Source of the DNA: Candidatus Zambryskiibacteriota bacterium
GTDB taxonomy: Bacteria; Patescibacteriota; Minisyncoccia; Phycocordibacterales; WO2-35-19
Length of the DNA stretch: 64,000 nucleotides
Reading direction: 5' to 3'
Assembly: GCA_048499675.1 (NCBI GenBank)
Contig: JASNZL010000006.1
Location: 2,089 to 66,088 of the forward strand
The position numbers and the translations under genes were made by a program. The notes below the pieces were generated by a model that did not search any database, had not been told where the DNA came from, and saw nothing but the letters and a program-made list of their open reading frames with translations. This document shows positions 49,646-60,698 of this stretch, piece by piece. The first letter of the stretch is position 1. Every line of letters starts with the position of its first letter.

Positions 49646-50260
49646 CTATTGTGTAGAAATTATTCCGTTTGAATCAACTCTAACGAAGACTTCTCTTCCG
49701 TTTGGAGAAACCAAATAAACTTTTCCTGGGGGCGCATACTGATTAACAAGTTGGTTTCCATCGTTTAAAAAAACTATAGTAGATGTTGAGGTTGGTCTCC
49801 TATAAGTTACAGAGAGTTGGGAGATCGCGGGGAATTCACAATGCTCAGCCCCCTGTCTAATTCCACATATTTTACTTATAGAAACACCTCGCGTTAAAGA
49901 TTTTTGCTCTAATATCTGATCCTCCCCTACCACATATTTGCTATCATTATTTAAATCGGCATAGAATATGTAATGATATGGCCCATTAAGATCAATATGT
50001 ACACCATACCCCAAATTGAACCCATCTCCAGAGATAGATGAATTACCTTTGACTCCCATAGCATAGACTTGTGCTTGTCGGACCATAAGCAAGAGTTCGT
50101 AGGCTTGTGTATCTACAGCTAACTGGTCATTCCACTTGCCTTGCTGAACAATAAGGACCGTAGATAAAACTGTAGTTATAGCCATAACAACTATCAGTTC
50201 AACCAAAGTAAAAGCTTTGGAATGATTTGGTTTTAATTGTTTTTTAGATTTTATAAACAT
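49646..50260 (-). CDS. Pseudopilin (type IV pilin-like)
   Basis: SKAFTLVELIVVMAITTVLS. Confidence 0.7.
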   Translation of the reverse strand: MFIKSKKQLKPNHSKAFTLVELIVVMAITTVLSTVLIVQQGKWNDQLAVDTQAYELLLMVRQAQVYAMGVKGNSSISGDGFNLGYGVHIDLNGPYHYIFYADLNNDSKYVVGEDQILEQKSLTRGVSISKICGIRQGAEHCEFPAISQLSVTYRRPTSTSTIVFLNDGNQLVNQYAPPGKVYLVSPNGREVFVRVDSNGIISTQ

Positions 50261-50261
50261 T

Positions 50262-51131
50262 TTAGTTTAGGAACACTTCTAGTATGAAATTTATATGAAA
50301 TATGTCTAGGTTAAACAAAAAAGCCAAAAGTATTCCGAGCGATAGGAATGGTCCAAAAGGAATCTCTGACTTAATTGTAAGTCCACTCCTAAACATTGGC
50401 AAATTAATTTTTACTTTTTTGAGAGCCAATAGACCTAAAGAGAAAACCGCTCCTATCCAAAAAGCTAATATGACCGCAGAGACACCGTTTGCAAGTCCCA
50501 AAAATAAACCTATTACAAAAATATATTTTACATCTCCAAATCCGAGCCAGCGTCCCTTCGAAATAAAAAAGAGGAAAAGGAATGGTAGAGCAACGATTAC
50601 ACCAGAAATAAAATGGATTAAAAGAAGCCAGAAGCTAGAAGCTAGAATCCAGTTATATAAAAGAGAAAAAGCAAAAAAGGCAATTAGGAAGGAGTCGGGA
50701 ATGATGAAATGGCGCAAGTCGTAGACCGAAATTAGTAAAATAATTCCAAAAATAGCAGTTAAAATTAAAAATTGGAAAATTGATTGAAAATTAAAAATTA
50801 TAAAACTTGTCCTGAGAGTATCGAAGGATTGAAAATTATCAAAAATCCCTAGTTTTAATGCGACTAAAACCGTCAATATACCCATAACCACCTCTGTAAT
50901 AAATACATCCACTGGTATTTTTGATTGGCAATATCGACACCTTCCCTTGAGAAACAAGAAAGAAAAGATTGGGACCAAATCAGCTCTTTTGAGTTGTGTA
51001 TTACAAGAAAAACAAAATGAACGACCTTTAAAGAATTTTAGACCTGTGTTGAACCTATCCGCAATAACAAGAATGAAGCTACCCAAAGCGGAGCCGAATA
51101 AAAATACAATTACTATCAAAAAATACAGCAT
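50262..51131 (-). CDS. pilD: Prepilin peptidase (A24 family)
   Basis: Multi-TM protein with the catalytic Asp motifs of the A24 family. It overlaps 50262/50260 with the upstream pseudopilin. Confidence 0.75.
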   Translation of the reverse strand: MLYFLIVIVFLFGSALGSFILVIADRFNTGLKFFKGRSFCFSCNTQLKRADLVPIFSFLFLKGRCRYCQSKIPVDVFITEVVMGILTVLVALKLGIFDNFQSFDTLRTSFIIFNFQSIFQFLILTAIFGIILLISVYDLRHFIIPDSFLIAFFAFSLLYNWILASSFWLLLIHFISGVIVALPFLFLFFISKGRWLGFGDVKYIFVIGLFLGLANGVSAVILAFWIGAVFSLGLLALKKVKINLPMFRSGLTIKSEIPFGPFLSLGILLAFLFNLDIFHINFILEVFLN

Positions 51132-51167
51132 TATTTAATTATAACCTAAATATTATTTATCCAAAAC

Positions 51168-51190
51168 AAAAACGCCATATGGCGTTTTTG
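51168..51190 (-). terminator. Hairpin terminator downstream of the major pilin
   Basis: aaaaacgccatatggcgttttt. Confidence 0.65.
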
Positions 51191-51211
51191 TTTCGCAATA
51201 ATCAAATAAGA

Positions 51212-51679
51212 TTATGATGCTGGGCAAGCGGTTGTTGAAAGAGCTGTTGTTACCTGCCTGGACGCACCAGTTGAATCAATACAGAAGAAAGAACCAGATG
51301 TACCTGGGAGACTTGCTTGTATTGCAAAAGCTGATGCACTCGAAACGCACCTAGGAGTTGAACCTGCCGGCCAAGCACCAGTTGCGAAATAAGTATTCAT
51401 ACTAGATGGGCCGTCGGTAAACAACACGGTGTTAGTTGTAGCAGCTTGTCCTATTGGGCAGTTTGCCAATGTGAAAGCTGTTCCGTAGCCATTATTTGTA
51501 TCATAAAATAATTCAGCTGCTGCGCGAAGACTTGATAACTGTGCCTTTACTTTTGCATCATTTCCTCTACCTCTTGCAGTGTTTAACGAAGCCAAAACAA
51601 CTGATGAAAGAATACCAATAATAGCTATGACAACTAGAAGTTCTATAAGTGTAAAACCTTTATTTTTTAAATTAAACAT
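51212..51679 (-). CDS. Type IV pilin (likely the major pilin)
   Basis: MFNLKNKGFTLIELLVVIAIIGILSSVV is a canonical class III signal. Its own promoter region and terminator are present. Confidence 0.8.
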   Translation of the reverse strand: MFNLKNKGFTLIELLVVIAIIGILSSVVLASLNTARGRGNDAKVKAQLSSLRAAAELFYDTNNGYGTAFTLANCPIGQAATTNTVLFTDGPSSMNTYFATGAWPAGSTPRCVSSASAFAIQASLPGTSGSFFCIDSTGASRQVTTALSTTACPAS

Positions 51680-52230
51680 ATTTTTTAATGAATTAACTAA
51701 TGCTCTCTCGAGAGAGAAGCTTGGACAATCGACCTATCTTTTGTGTCCATCAAGCTTGATTACATTATATATAATAGTAAAATTTTTGTTTTTATAGTTG
51801 TGTGGATAACCCCTAAAGGGGAACGAGATACGAAATACGAGTTACGAGTTATTAAAAGGATTAATTAGAAATTTCATTTTTCATTTTGTTCACTACGTTT
51901 GAAAATAAATTACAAAGCACAAATTCCAAATTTTACTAGCTATTTTAGTAAGTTTTATAATTTTGTGTTTTGTTTGTAATTTGTTTCGGATTTAGGATTT
52001 AGGATTTATCATATCTCGTACCTCGTACTTCTTAACTCGTTTTACTAATTCGTGTCATTCGTGCCCATTGGCCCGCCTGCAACGCTTATGCGATAGCATT
52101 TGCGGGTAGATGTATTGGTGTCATGTTAAATTTTGAATTGTAATTTTAAATTTTGAATTTTTAATTAATCCAAAATGCCTTTTTGGATATTAGAATAATC
52201 AAGTCAATTAGAATAATTCTTCTTTTGTGC

Positions 52231-52770
52231 CTACTTTACCCCTTGTATCATAACTGAAACTTGTCTTTCTCTATTATGGTCAAGTTCCACAAGCATTATT
52301 TGTTGCCATTTACCCAAAAGCAGTTTTCCATCTTTTACAATGCAACATAGTGAAGGATGTATCATAAGGGCTTGGGCGTGCGCATGCCCGTTTATACATT
52401 CATGTATCACTCCATTTTCGTCTGGCTCACAGAGATGCGTGTTTCTCTTGCCTTTTTCATTTCTTGAGTCTCTCACATCGTTGTGATTATAGTCATGCAT
52501 TGGACTTGCAAAATTATCTAGAACTTTTCGTAAATCAGAAGCATAGCCGATTTCCTCCGATGGCCCGATTAGGTTTTTTTCGTCTTCGTTTATCCAAACA
52601 CCGCAAGTTGTATGGTGAGTTTGAATAACTATATTTCCATCAATTATTCCTGACTTACTTATCAGTTTTTGAATATCTTCAGTAATAGTTATAAAATGAG
52701 CCCTGTATTTTGTCTGGTATTTGAGAGTCTCAAAATATGAATGAAAAATTAAGCCCATGTGTGAATACAA
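52231..52770 (-). CDS. YjbQ/UPF0047 family protein
   Basis: HTTCGVWINEDE...HAHAQALMIHPS fit the YjbQ signature. Confidence 0.6.
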   Translation of the reverse strand: MYSHMGLIFHSYFETLKYQTKYRAHFITITEDIQKLISKSGIIDGNIVIQTHHTTCGVWINEDEKNLIGPSEEIGYASDLRKVLDNFASPMHDYNHNDVRDSRNEKGKRNTHLCEPDENGVIHECINGHAHAQALMIHPSLCCIVKDGKLLLGKWQQIMLVELDHNRERQVSVMIQGVK

Positions 52771-52796
52771 AAAATTAAGTACTTAAAAATAGTTTA

Positions 52797-53249
52797 TTAG
52801 GGGCAGACTGATACAGCGCTTCCTATTGGTCCTGATATTGTTTTGCCAGCACCCTTACTATCTACACAAAAGTACTCGTTCCCATAGTACAATGACGCTT
52901 TTACAGCATATTCTTGACCGTTAGCCAAACACAAAACTTGAGTAGAAGGAGGCAAATTATTTGACGCTATGTATGTCCCAGGTCTTCCATTCTCGGCTGT
53001 CATATCGCCAAAAATACCAGAGGTGCAGTTGTTTGCTGTTCCATAAGAATTAGGGATTTGATTATAATAATATAGATTTGCTGAGGTTCTAAAACTTATA
53101 AGCTGTTGTTTTATTTTTGAATCATATGACCTTACCCGACTCTGATTTAGGTTAGTCAAAACTACAGCACTAAGAATCCCAACTATTGTAATTACAATCA
53201 GAAGTTCGACTAAAGAGAATCCTTTTTTTGTATTAATTAAATTCTTCAT
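52797..53249 (-). CDS. Type IV pilin-like protein
   Basis: KKGFSLVELLIVITIVGILSAVV. Confidence 0.75.
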   Translation of the reverse strand: MKNLINTKKGFSLVELLIVITIVGILSAVVLTNLNQSRVRSYDSKIKQQLISFRTSANLYYYNQIPNSYGTANNCTSGIFGDMTAENGRPGTYIASNNLPPSTQVLCLANGQEYAVKASLYYGNEYFCVDSKGAGKTISGPIGSAVSVCP

Positions 53250-53274
53250 TTTATAATTATTATCTTAACAAATA

Positions 53275-54486
53275 TTAAGAAACAGTTGAAGCAATGTTAT
53301 AAATCGGCATAAGTACTGAAGCAAGGAGAATTCCGACTCCCACACCCAACCCAACAATCATAACAGGTTCAATCATACCAACAAGCGTATCAACCGCATT
53401 CATAACCTCTCTTTGATAAAACTTGGACATAGTTTTAAGAATTGCTCCAAGCTCCCCCGTCTCTTCCCCAACCTTTATCATCTGGACCAATATACTAGGA
53501 ATTTCTTCCTTGTCACCGAGAGCCACAGATAGCGCTTGACCAGCTTTGACTTTTGAAATTGACTCTTCTAAAAGATTTTTGTAAGTTTCGTTATCAATTA
53601 TAGAAGCAGTAACCTCTATTGCTTTTAACATTGGGATACCTGACAACACCATTGTGCTCATATTGTCTGAAAATCTAGATAGATATAACTTTCTATACAA
53701 ATCGCCAACATAAGGAATATAGAGTCTTGCGTTTGATATTGACCTTTTACCCTCGTCTGTTCTTCCGTACCAAATAACTCCTATGATTGCCATTATCACA
53801 CCTAAAATCATCAATATCCAATTGTTTAAAAAGAAATCGCTAACCGCAAAAACTATCTTAGTATAAAAAGGAACTTCTTGAGCTGATTCTTTTATAATTA
53901 CACCAATTTTTGGAACAATAACAGTAAACATCAAAATCATAACGGCAAAGAAAGTAAATATAACGAAAGCTGGGTAAATCAAGGCATTTTTTGCTTTTGA
54001 TGAAACTTCGTAGTTTCTGTCCATATAGTCCGCAAGATAAGAAAAGGTTTCGTCAATTTTACCCGATTCTTCACCAGCTCTAACCATATTTACATAAAAA
54101 TCTGAGAAAATCTCCGAATGTTTGGCCAATGCACCAGAAATAGAAGCGCCCCCTTGCAAATCATCAACCACTTCAAGTAAATGTTTTTTTAACGTCGGAT
54201 TTTCTGCCTCTTCTGAAATCAGTTTAAAAACTTTTAGTGCAGAAACTTGGGATTCAAACAAAGTGGACATCTGTCGTGACAGAATGACTATGTCTTTGTT
54301 TGAAACCTTATTGAAGAAAGGTATTTTTTTTAAAATATCTCCATCATCTTCATCTTTTGGTTTTACAGAAGAAACAACTAGCCCTCTACTTTGCAAATTA
54401 GATATAGCTGAATCCATATTAAAGGCATCTATTGTACCCTCTTCTTTGTTCCCATTTGTGTTTATGGCTTTATATTCGAAAATCAT
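53275..54486 (-). CDS. pilC: Type IV pilus assembly platform protein PilC/GspF
   Basis: Two GspF repeats and three TM segments; 403 aa. Confidence 0.8.
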   Translation of the reverse strand: MIFEYKAINTNGNKEEGTIDAFNMDSAISNLQSRGLVVSSVKPKDEDDGDILKKIPFFNKVSNKDIVILSRQMSTLFESQVSALKVFKLISEEAENPTLKKHLLEVVDDLQGGASISGALAKHSEIFSDFYVNMVRAGEESGKIDETFSYLADYMDRNYEVSSKAKNALIYPAFVIFTFFAVMILMFTVIVPKIGVIIKESAQEVPFYTKIVFAVSDFFLNNWILMILGVIMAIIGVIWYGRTDEGKRSISNARLYIPYVGDLYRKLYLSRFSDNMSTMVLSGIPMLKAIEVTASIIDNETYKNLLEESISKVKAGQALSVALGDKEEIPSILVQMIKVGEETGELGAILKTMSKFYQREVMNAVDTLVGMIEPVMIVGLGVGVGILLASVLMPIYNIASTVS

Positions 54487-54487
54487 T

Positions 54488-55537
54488 TTATAGCATTTTT
54501 TCTAGAGCTTTTGGATTGGTTGAATACAAATATGCATTATCCAAACTTATTTCTCCTTTTCTTACTTTATCTACTAAACATCTATTAAAGTCCATCATAC
54601 CTTCTTGTGTTCCTGTTTCAATAATCATATTTAGCTCGTGCGTTCTTTTGTCTCTAATAAGATTTGAAACCGCGGTATTATTAACCATAAGTTCATAAAC
54701 AGGTACAAGACCACCAGATATTCTTGGTACAAGCCTTTGTGAGAAAATCCCAGACAATGAAGCGGCGAGCTGAATTCTGATCTGGTTTTGTTGTGAAGCT
54801 TCAAACGAGTCTATAATACGATCAACAGTCTGAGAAGCATTGTTTGTGTGAAGAGTTGAAAAAACCAAATGGCCTGTTTCAGCAGCAGATACAGCAGTTG
54901 ATATAGTATCCGAATCTCTCATCTCACCTACCATTATTACATTTACATCGGCCCTAAAAGAGTCGTGGAGGGCACTTGCAAAACTTGGAGCATCAAGCCC
55001 AACCTCCCTTTGGTGAATTATAGATTTTTTGGGAGTAAAGAGATATTCTATTGGCTCTTCGATAGTAATAATATTTTCAAGTCTCTCGTTGTTTATAATT
55101 TCTACAAGCGATGCCAAGGTTGTGGATTTGCCGTGTCCCGTTGGACCAACAACCAAGAAAAAGCCAGATTTTAATCTTGCAAAATTCTCTAACTCTGGCG
55201 GGAGATTTAATTCTGAAATTGTCGGTATATTTTTGGGTATATGACGGAAAGCCATACAAATTCTTTGTTGATCAATGTATGTATGAGCCCTAAATCTCTC
55301 ACTTTTGTGTTCGTAAGCAAAATCAGCACTCTGTCTTTTATCAAAAATTTCTTTTTTGTTCTTTGACAGAACATTATCCAAAATACTTACCATTTGTGTT
55401 TTAGTAAATTTTGGATACTTTGTTAGTGGCACTAATTGACCAGAAACTCTAACATAAGGATGTCTACCTTCTGATATATGAAGGTCTGAGGCCCCTTCTC
55501 GCATTACTAATTCAACTAAATTATCTAAATCTTGCAT
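54488..55537 (-). CDS. pilT: Twitching-motility retraction ATPase PilT
   Basis: Walker A GPTGHGKSTTLA, with Asp box and His box; 349 aa. Confidence 0.85.
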   Translation of the reverse strand: MQDLDNLVELVMREGASDLHISEGRHPYVRVSGQLVPLTKYPKFTKTQMVSILDNVLSKNKKEIFDKRQSADFAYEHKSERFRAHTYIDQQRICMAFRHIPKNIPTISELNLPPELENFARLKSGFFLVVGPTGHGKSTTLASLVEIINNERLENIITIEEPIEYLFTPKKSIIHQREVGLDAPSFASALHDSFRADVNVIMVGEMRDSDTISTAVSAAETGHLVFSTLHTNNASQTVDRIIDSFEASQQNQIRIQLAASLSGIFSQRLVPRISGGLVPVYELMVNNTAVSNLIRDKRTHELNMIIETGTQEGMMDFNRCLVDKVRKGEISLDNAYLYSTNPKALEKML

Positions 55538-55546
55538 AACAATAAA

Positions 55547-55933
55547 TTACTCTTTTATATACTGCATTACTTGTTCAACCACCTCTGAAGGTGTAGCAGA
55601 AGATTTTACAATGTAACCCTTAACACCAAGTTCCCGTGCTTTTTTGACATCACTTTCATCATTCTGATTTGTAAGCATTATTACTGGAATATTTTCTGCC
55701 AACTTGTCTTTTCTCATCTGTTCCAAAATTTCAAGCCCATTCATTCCAGGCATTACAATATCAAGTAATATCGCTTTAGCACTTGATTCTGTTTTTAATA
55801 CTTCAAACAAAGCCTCCCCAGATTTGCACGAAATAGTCACAATGCCTGAATTTCCGAATTTGGTCGCATACATATCCAACAAAAAATCGTCATCATCAAC
55901 TAATATTATTTTGTTTTTTAAATCTTCAGTCAT
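55547..55933 (-). CDS. CheY-like receiver-only response regulator
   Basis: DDDD acidic pocket, phosphoacceptor LLDIVMPGMNG, and conserved Lys (GYIVK). Confidence 0.75.
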   Translation of the reverse strand: MTEDLKNKIILVDDDDFLLDMYATKFGNSGIVTISCKSGEALFEVLKTESSAKAILLDIVMPGMNGLEILEQMRKDKLAENIPVIMLTNQNDESDVKKARELGVKGYIVKSSATPSEVVEQVMQYIKE

Positions 55934-55969
55934 ACAAATATTATATCATTATTAATGACTTAATCGTGT

Positions 55970-57733
55970 TTATAACATATTATACTCTTCAAAAGGAATA
56001 ACTCTTTCAAAAACTTTTATGAGAGCGTCGTCTTTCATTGTAAGCATTCCTTTACTTCGTGCATATTTCCAAATCTCCTGTTCAGTTGGGGTTTTTAATA
56101 TAATTTGCTCTAACTGTTTGTCAATTTCAAGAACTTCCATAACAGCCACCCTACCCTTTACTCCATTTGGACAATTTGGCCCAGGTGCTATCTCGTATAT
56201 TTCTTTACCTATTGGTATTTTGTTTTTATATTGATCTGGCAAATCTTCAAACTGCTTATCAATCATCATTTGAATACTAGCATCCACGGGCACTGCCTTA
56301 CCCGCCCCTGGACACAAAGACCGAGAAAGTCTTTGTGCAATTGCTAGAACTAAAGTTGGTGCAATAAGATAAGGATCGACTCCCATATCCACCAACCTAG
56401 GAATTACTCCAATTGCATTGTTTGTGTGAATAGTTGAAAACACCAAGTGACCAGTCAAAGCTGCTTGAATTGCAAGTTGAGCAGTCTCTTTATCTCTAAT
56501 CTCTCCAACCATTATAATGTCTGGATCCTGACGAAGGGTTGTTCTTAAACCTGAAGCAAATGTATAACCAATATCGGCTCTAACCTGCGACTGGCTCATT
56601 CCTTCCATATTGTATTCAACAGGATCTTCAAGAGAAAGTACGTTTTTATGTTCCTTGTCAACTTCATTCAGCATTGAATAAAGAGTTGTTGATTTACCAC
56701 TTCCAGTAGGACCAGAAATCAATATTAATCCATATGGTCTATTTATAGCACTCATTATTCTTTGTAGATTATCTTTGCTTATACCCAACTCACTTAGTGG
56801 TTTGATACCTTTTTCTTGGTCAAGAATACGAATAACAACTTTTTCACCAAAAAAAGTTGGGAATGTAGAAACACGGAAATCAACTTTTCTTTTATCCATT
56901 TTTGCAGAAAATCTACCGTCTTGAGGTTTTCTTTTTTCATCAAGTCGCATATTACACAAAATTTTTATACGTGCGACTACAGCAGAATGAACTTTTATTG
57001 GCAACACAAGACTTGTATTCATTACCCCATCAACTCTAAAACGAACTCTTACATTGGATACAGTTGGCTCTATGTGAATATCTGAGGCCCTACCATCAAT
57101 AGCATATCTAAGCATTGTGGCAACAATTTTTGTAACAGGTGCATTTCTCACTATTTCGCCACCTTTATTACCAAGGAAATTTAAATCATTTTCTTCAACT
57201 ACATCCTGCGCTTTTTTGTTGTCTTCTTCGTCTGAATCTTTATCAGTTTTGGTTGATTCTGTCACAAATTCTGTCTCGAGCTCTGTCAAAGCTTTTGTTA
57301 CTTCACCAGATAACCCTTTGTACAAATTTATTACCCGATCAAAATCAGACTCAGAAATTATAAACACTTTGAACGGCAAACCTATTTTTGATGATATAAA
57401 ATTCAATGCATCTCTAGCAGAAATATTATCCGGATCTACCATTCCAACATTTAAAATACCATTTTCTACTCCTAGTGGTACAAATCTATAATAGACGGCT
57501 GACTCTTCGGGTAAATAATCCAATAATTTTGATGTGACTTTGTCTATGTCTATTTTTTTGTATGGTACCGAATAATATTCACTCTTGGCCTTCATTATAT
57601 TTTCTTCTTTTATACCCATAGAAATTAAAATATCATCGATATTTTCAGATGAGTCTTTTTGTTTTTCTCTTATAGTGGCCAAATCTTGCTTAGAAATCGC
57701 CCCCTGTTTGACAAGAATATCTAATATGCTCAT
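55970..57733 (-). CDS. pilB: Type IV pilus assembly ATPase PilB/GspE
   Basis: N-terminal GSPII domain, Walker A GPTGSGKSTTL, and a tetracysteine CPGAG...CPNG motif. Confidence 0.85.
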   Translation of the reverse strand: MSILDILVKQGAISKQDLATIREKQKDSSENIDDILISMGIKEENIMKAKSEYYSVPYKKIDIDKVTSKLLDYLPEESAVYYRFVPLGVENGILNVGMVDPDNISARDALNFISSKIGLPFKVFIISESDFDRVINLYKGLSGEVTKALTELETEFVTESTKTDKDSDEEDNKKAQDVVEENDLNFLGNKGGEIVRNAPVTKIVATMLRYAIDGRASDIHIEPTVSNVRVRFRVDGVMNTSLVLPIKVHSAVVARIKILCNMRLDEKRKPQDGRFSAKMDKRKVDFRVSTFPTFFGEKVVIRILDQEKGIKPLSELGISKDNLQRIMSAINRPYGLILISGPTGSGKSTTLYSMLNEVDKEHKNVLSLEDPVEYNMEGMSQSQVRADIGYTFASGLRTTLRQDPDIIMVGEIRDKETAQLAIQAALTGHLVFSTIHTNNAIGVIPRLVDMGVDPYLIAPTLVLAIAQRLSRSLCPGAGKAVPVDASIQMMIDKQFEDLPDQYKNKIPIGKEIYEIAPGPNCPNGVKGRVAVMEVLEIDKQLEQIILKTPTEQEIWKYARSKGMLTMKDDALIKVFERVIPFEEYNML

Positions 57734-57745
57734 AAATTAAAATAT

Positions 57746-58048
57746 TTAATTTTGGGAAAATGGATTAGTCTTACCAAGAGGAAGATTAATCAAAGGTATC
57801 TCTATACTTTCCAAAGAATTAAATTTTGGATCATTTATAACAGACGTATCAAAATTTATATTCTCTATAGATTGTATGAGAACAGTAACTCTATCCATTG
57901 TGGCTTGGTTTTCTTGAAATGCAAACTCGTCTATCGGCTCCACAAACAAAAACTTATAACCAAATATTACTATGGCTATGAGTAGTACAACTAACATATT
58001 TGTTCTTGTATTTTTTTTAGTTCTCATTATAGCGTCATATTTAATCAA
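57746..58048 (-). CDS. Hypothetical membrane-anchored protein (possible PilP-like)
   Basis: Single TM. Its position lies between the pilO-like gene and pilB. Confidence 0.3.
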   Translation of the reverse strand: MIKYDAIMRTKKNTRTNMLVVLLIAIVIFGYKFLFVEPIDEFAFQENQATMDRVTVLIQSIENINFDTSVINDPKFNSLESIEIPLINLPLGKTNPFSQN

Positions 58049-58595
58049 CAGAAGGTAACCAATAAGTTTCGTAACTCACTCTAAATTCATAAGAATTTAG
58101 AGCAGTTGGTCTTATTTGCAAATTCTTTATATCTAAAATTCTTAAACTTCTTTCTAGTTCATCAGTAAAATTAATAAAATTATTATAGTCTGAAACAAAT
58201 GTAAAACTAATTACTGCTGAATTATAATTCAAAACCTCAAAACCTCCGGGCGAATTTGTCCCTGCCCCCAAATCTGGATTTGCATTTTTTTCTACAACAG
58301 AAATATCATTTATTCTAACTCCGTAATTTGAAGCCACATTATCGATCTGTGAAATTAACCTCACAAAATCTAGAGAATTTGGAAGGATAGTTTCTATTTT
58401 GTTTTTTACTTCTGGCTCAATGTTTTTAACTTGAGTCAAAAGCTCTGTTGTTTTATTTTCTATTTGTTTTACAGCTTCTATAGATTCTTCGTATTTTTTG
58501 TTTTCTTCCATTAATATAGATATGCCACCATAACTTGGTAGAACAAAAGAGTATATAATCGCTATTGAAAGTATTAGATAAGATAATATATTCAT
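58041..58595 (-). CDS. PilO-like pilus assembly protein
   Basis: N-terminal TM plus coiled coil, in the pilMNO position. Confidence 0.45.
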   Translation of the reverse strand: MNILSYLILSIAIIYSFVLPSYGGISILMEENKKYEESIEAVKQIENKTTELLTQVKNIEPEVKNKIETILPNSLDFVRLISQIDNVASNYGVRINDISVVEKNANPDLGAGTNSPGGFEVLNYNSAVISFTFVSDYNNFINFTDELERSLRILDIKNLQIRPTALNSYEFRVSYETYWLPSVD

Positions 58596-58606
58596 ACTCT
58601 TTGTTT

Positions 58607-59317
58607 TTAATTGGTTGTATTAAGGGACTCCTCTGTTTGTGATGTGTTTTCTGTTTCTTCGTTTGACGGAGAACTTTCTGCTTGCTCACCATCTTCTCCA
58701 ATTTGTTCTACACCTGTTTCCGAAAGATTTTCTAACGATACGGGTTCCTCTACAGTGTAAGTAATTATTTTTGGATCTACCTGTAAATAAACATCAAAAG
58801 AAACTCTACCATTTTCTCCCAATCTTAAATTAGAAAAAATAACTTTTTTGTAATTTGGATTTTTAAGAAAAACACTTTCTTGAAAAGCAACTCCAGAGTA
58901 ATTTGTTGCAGAACCTTTTAATGATACAGACAGCCCAGTATTGTCTAAATTGCCATATGTAAAGTCATCAAAAAATACACTGCTCGCAGTACCACTTGCT
59001 AAATCTTTTAGGAAATTGCTTATAACTTCATGTTTTGCTACTAGATTTTTTGAGTAACTTAATTTTCTATCAAACCTCAATACCTCATTTATATCTTCAC
59101 GATTTATGCTGTTTTCTGATTCTATTAATAACGCTTTTAGTTCTGTGTTTTTGTTGTTCAATATTCTTTTATATACAAAAAGACCACCAGCTGAAACTAT
59201 TGATAATATAAAAACCAACAAACCAATAGTTGTTAATAGATTGGGTTTTTCTTTACCAAAGGATTCTTCATTGGTAGGGTCTTTAGGTATGAATGATGAT
59301 TGAATATTTGTAGACAT
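58607..59317 (-). CDS. PilN-like pilus assembly protein
   Basis: N-terminal cytoplasmic tail, TM (LLTTIGLLVFILSIVSAGGLFVY), periplasmic domain and an acidic C-terminal tail. It follows pilM. Confidence 0.45.
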   Translation of the reverse strand: MSTNIQSSFIPKDPTNEESFGKEKPNLLTTIGLLVFILSIVSAGGLFVYKRILNNKNTELKALLIESENSINREDINEVLRFDRKLSYSKNLVAKHEVISNFLKDLASGTASSVFFDDFTYGNLDNTGLSVSLKGSATNYSGVAFQESVFLKNPNYKKVIFSNLRLGENGRVSFDVYLQVDPKIITYTVEEPVSLENLSETGVEQIGEDGEQAESSPSNEETENTSQTEESLNTTN

Positions 59318-59402
59318 AATTACTTATTAATTATATCTAATGCAAACAAATATTGTAAAGATATATGTTGATTACTTCTTAGGTTTATAAATTAGCAAAA
59401 AA

Positions 59403-60530
59403 CTATAACTCCCTCAAACATCTCAGGGCCACTCCAGCTGCCACAGTAAATTCTGGGCCAGTAGCTCTCAGAATCTCTTCTAGAAAAGCTGGAACTTCTA
59501 TTTTTTCAAAAGAATTTCCTGAAACAACTTCTACTTTAAAATTTTCTGAAGCCAAATCCTTGAAACCCTTTAGAGCAGAACCTCCCCCTGTTAGAAAAAC
59601 TGATTTTACATTTTGATTTGTTTTCTTTTGGTAATCAAACAAAAATCTATTTGCTTCTGAAAAAATGGTATCAGCTATAATTGAAACCGCTTCACTAAGA
59701 TCATTGCCATTTGACGTCTTGCCCATACCAACAGATCTTTTTATAACTTCCGCTTCTTCTATATCCACGTTTAAAATTCTGGCTATATTTGAGGTAATTT
59801 CTTGAGAACCTTTGTTTACTGTATGGGAAGACAAAACCAAACCTCTTTCTATTATGTACAATTTTGTTGTAGAAGCACCCATGTCAAAAATCATAACTGG
59901 ATGATTCACCCCCTCCAGAACAGCTCGCATTGTACTGAAAACCTCTATCTCAAAAAATTTTGCATCCAAGGTAGTAGACGAAACTATTTCTTTGTATTGA
60001 TTTATTATATTGTTGTGAATTGCAACCAACAAAACATCTACCATCTTTACTTGACCTTTGTCACTAATACTAGCCACACCTTCATCGTTTTCTCTTTTTG
60101 GTATAATTGACCAATCTATTGTTACATCACCTATCGGAACTGGAATATATTTACGAGCCTCTATTGATACCATAGAATTCATTTCCTTCTCCCCTATTTT
60201 TGGCATTGAAACAACCGATAGTAAACTTGCTCTAAATGGAATAGCAAGACCACATACTTTTGTCGTGATACCTACCTCTTTTTCGTTCAAAAGATCATTT
60301 AATGCCTGAGTTATTTTATCGGTATCTAAATTTGTAGATTGTCCAATAGAAACCCCTCCATAAGGACCGAGGGATAGTTCACCATATGTATCCAAAACCG
60401 CTTTTTCACCTTTTTTTTGCAGTTGCACTATCTTAATAGAAGAAGAACCTATATCGATTCCTAAAGCACTCTTATTTTCTCTTTTTAATAAATCACTAAA
60501 AAAACTCATCCCATTATTGGAAAATGGCAT
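59403..60530 (-). CDS. pilM: Type IV pilus assembly protein PilM (actin-like ATPase fold)
   Basis: ALGIDIGSSSIKIVQL (phosphate-1 motif) and a C-terminal actin-like fold; 375 aa. Confidence 0.8.
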   Translation of the reverse strand: MPFSNNGMSFFSDLLKRENKSALGIDIGSSSIKIVQLQKKGEKAVLDTYGELSLGPYGGVSIGQSTNLDTDKITQALNDLLNEKEVGITTKVCGLAIPFRASLLSVVSMPKIGEKEMNSMVSIEARKYIPVPIGDVTIDWSIIPKRENDEGVASISDKGQVKMVDVLLVAIHNNIINQYKEIVSSTTLDAKFFEIEVFSTMRAVLEGVNHPVMIFDMGASTTKLYIIERGLVLSSHTVNKGSQEITSNIARILNVDIEEAEVIKRSVGMGKTSNGNDLSEAVSIIADTIFSEANRFLFDYQKKTNQNVKSVFLTGGGSALKGFKDLASENFKVEVVSGNSFEKIEVPAFLEEILRATGPEFTVAAGVALRCLREL

Positions 60531-60698
60531 CGTCTTTTGAAAGCACCATTTTTACAGTTAAAACACATAATAATTTCTAAATTAATGAAGATATTCTTAA
60601 TCTAAAGAACAAAAACTTTCCAATGCCATTTTCTACTACAAAACACATGGAATGAAATTTGATACAAAATGAAGTAAAATTCAATACAAAAGCACTTT

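Noticed and set aside
57746-59317. Assigning specific pilP/pilO/pilN names to the three small membrane-anchored ORFs
   Set aside because: Only gene order and a single N-terminal TM support this. No diagnostic motifs are visible, so the calls are kept as low-confidence 'like' annotations.
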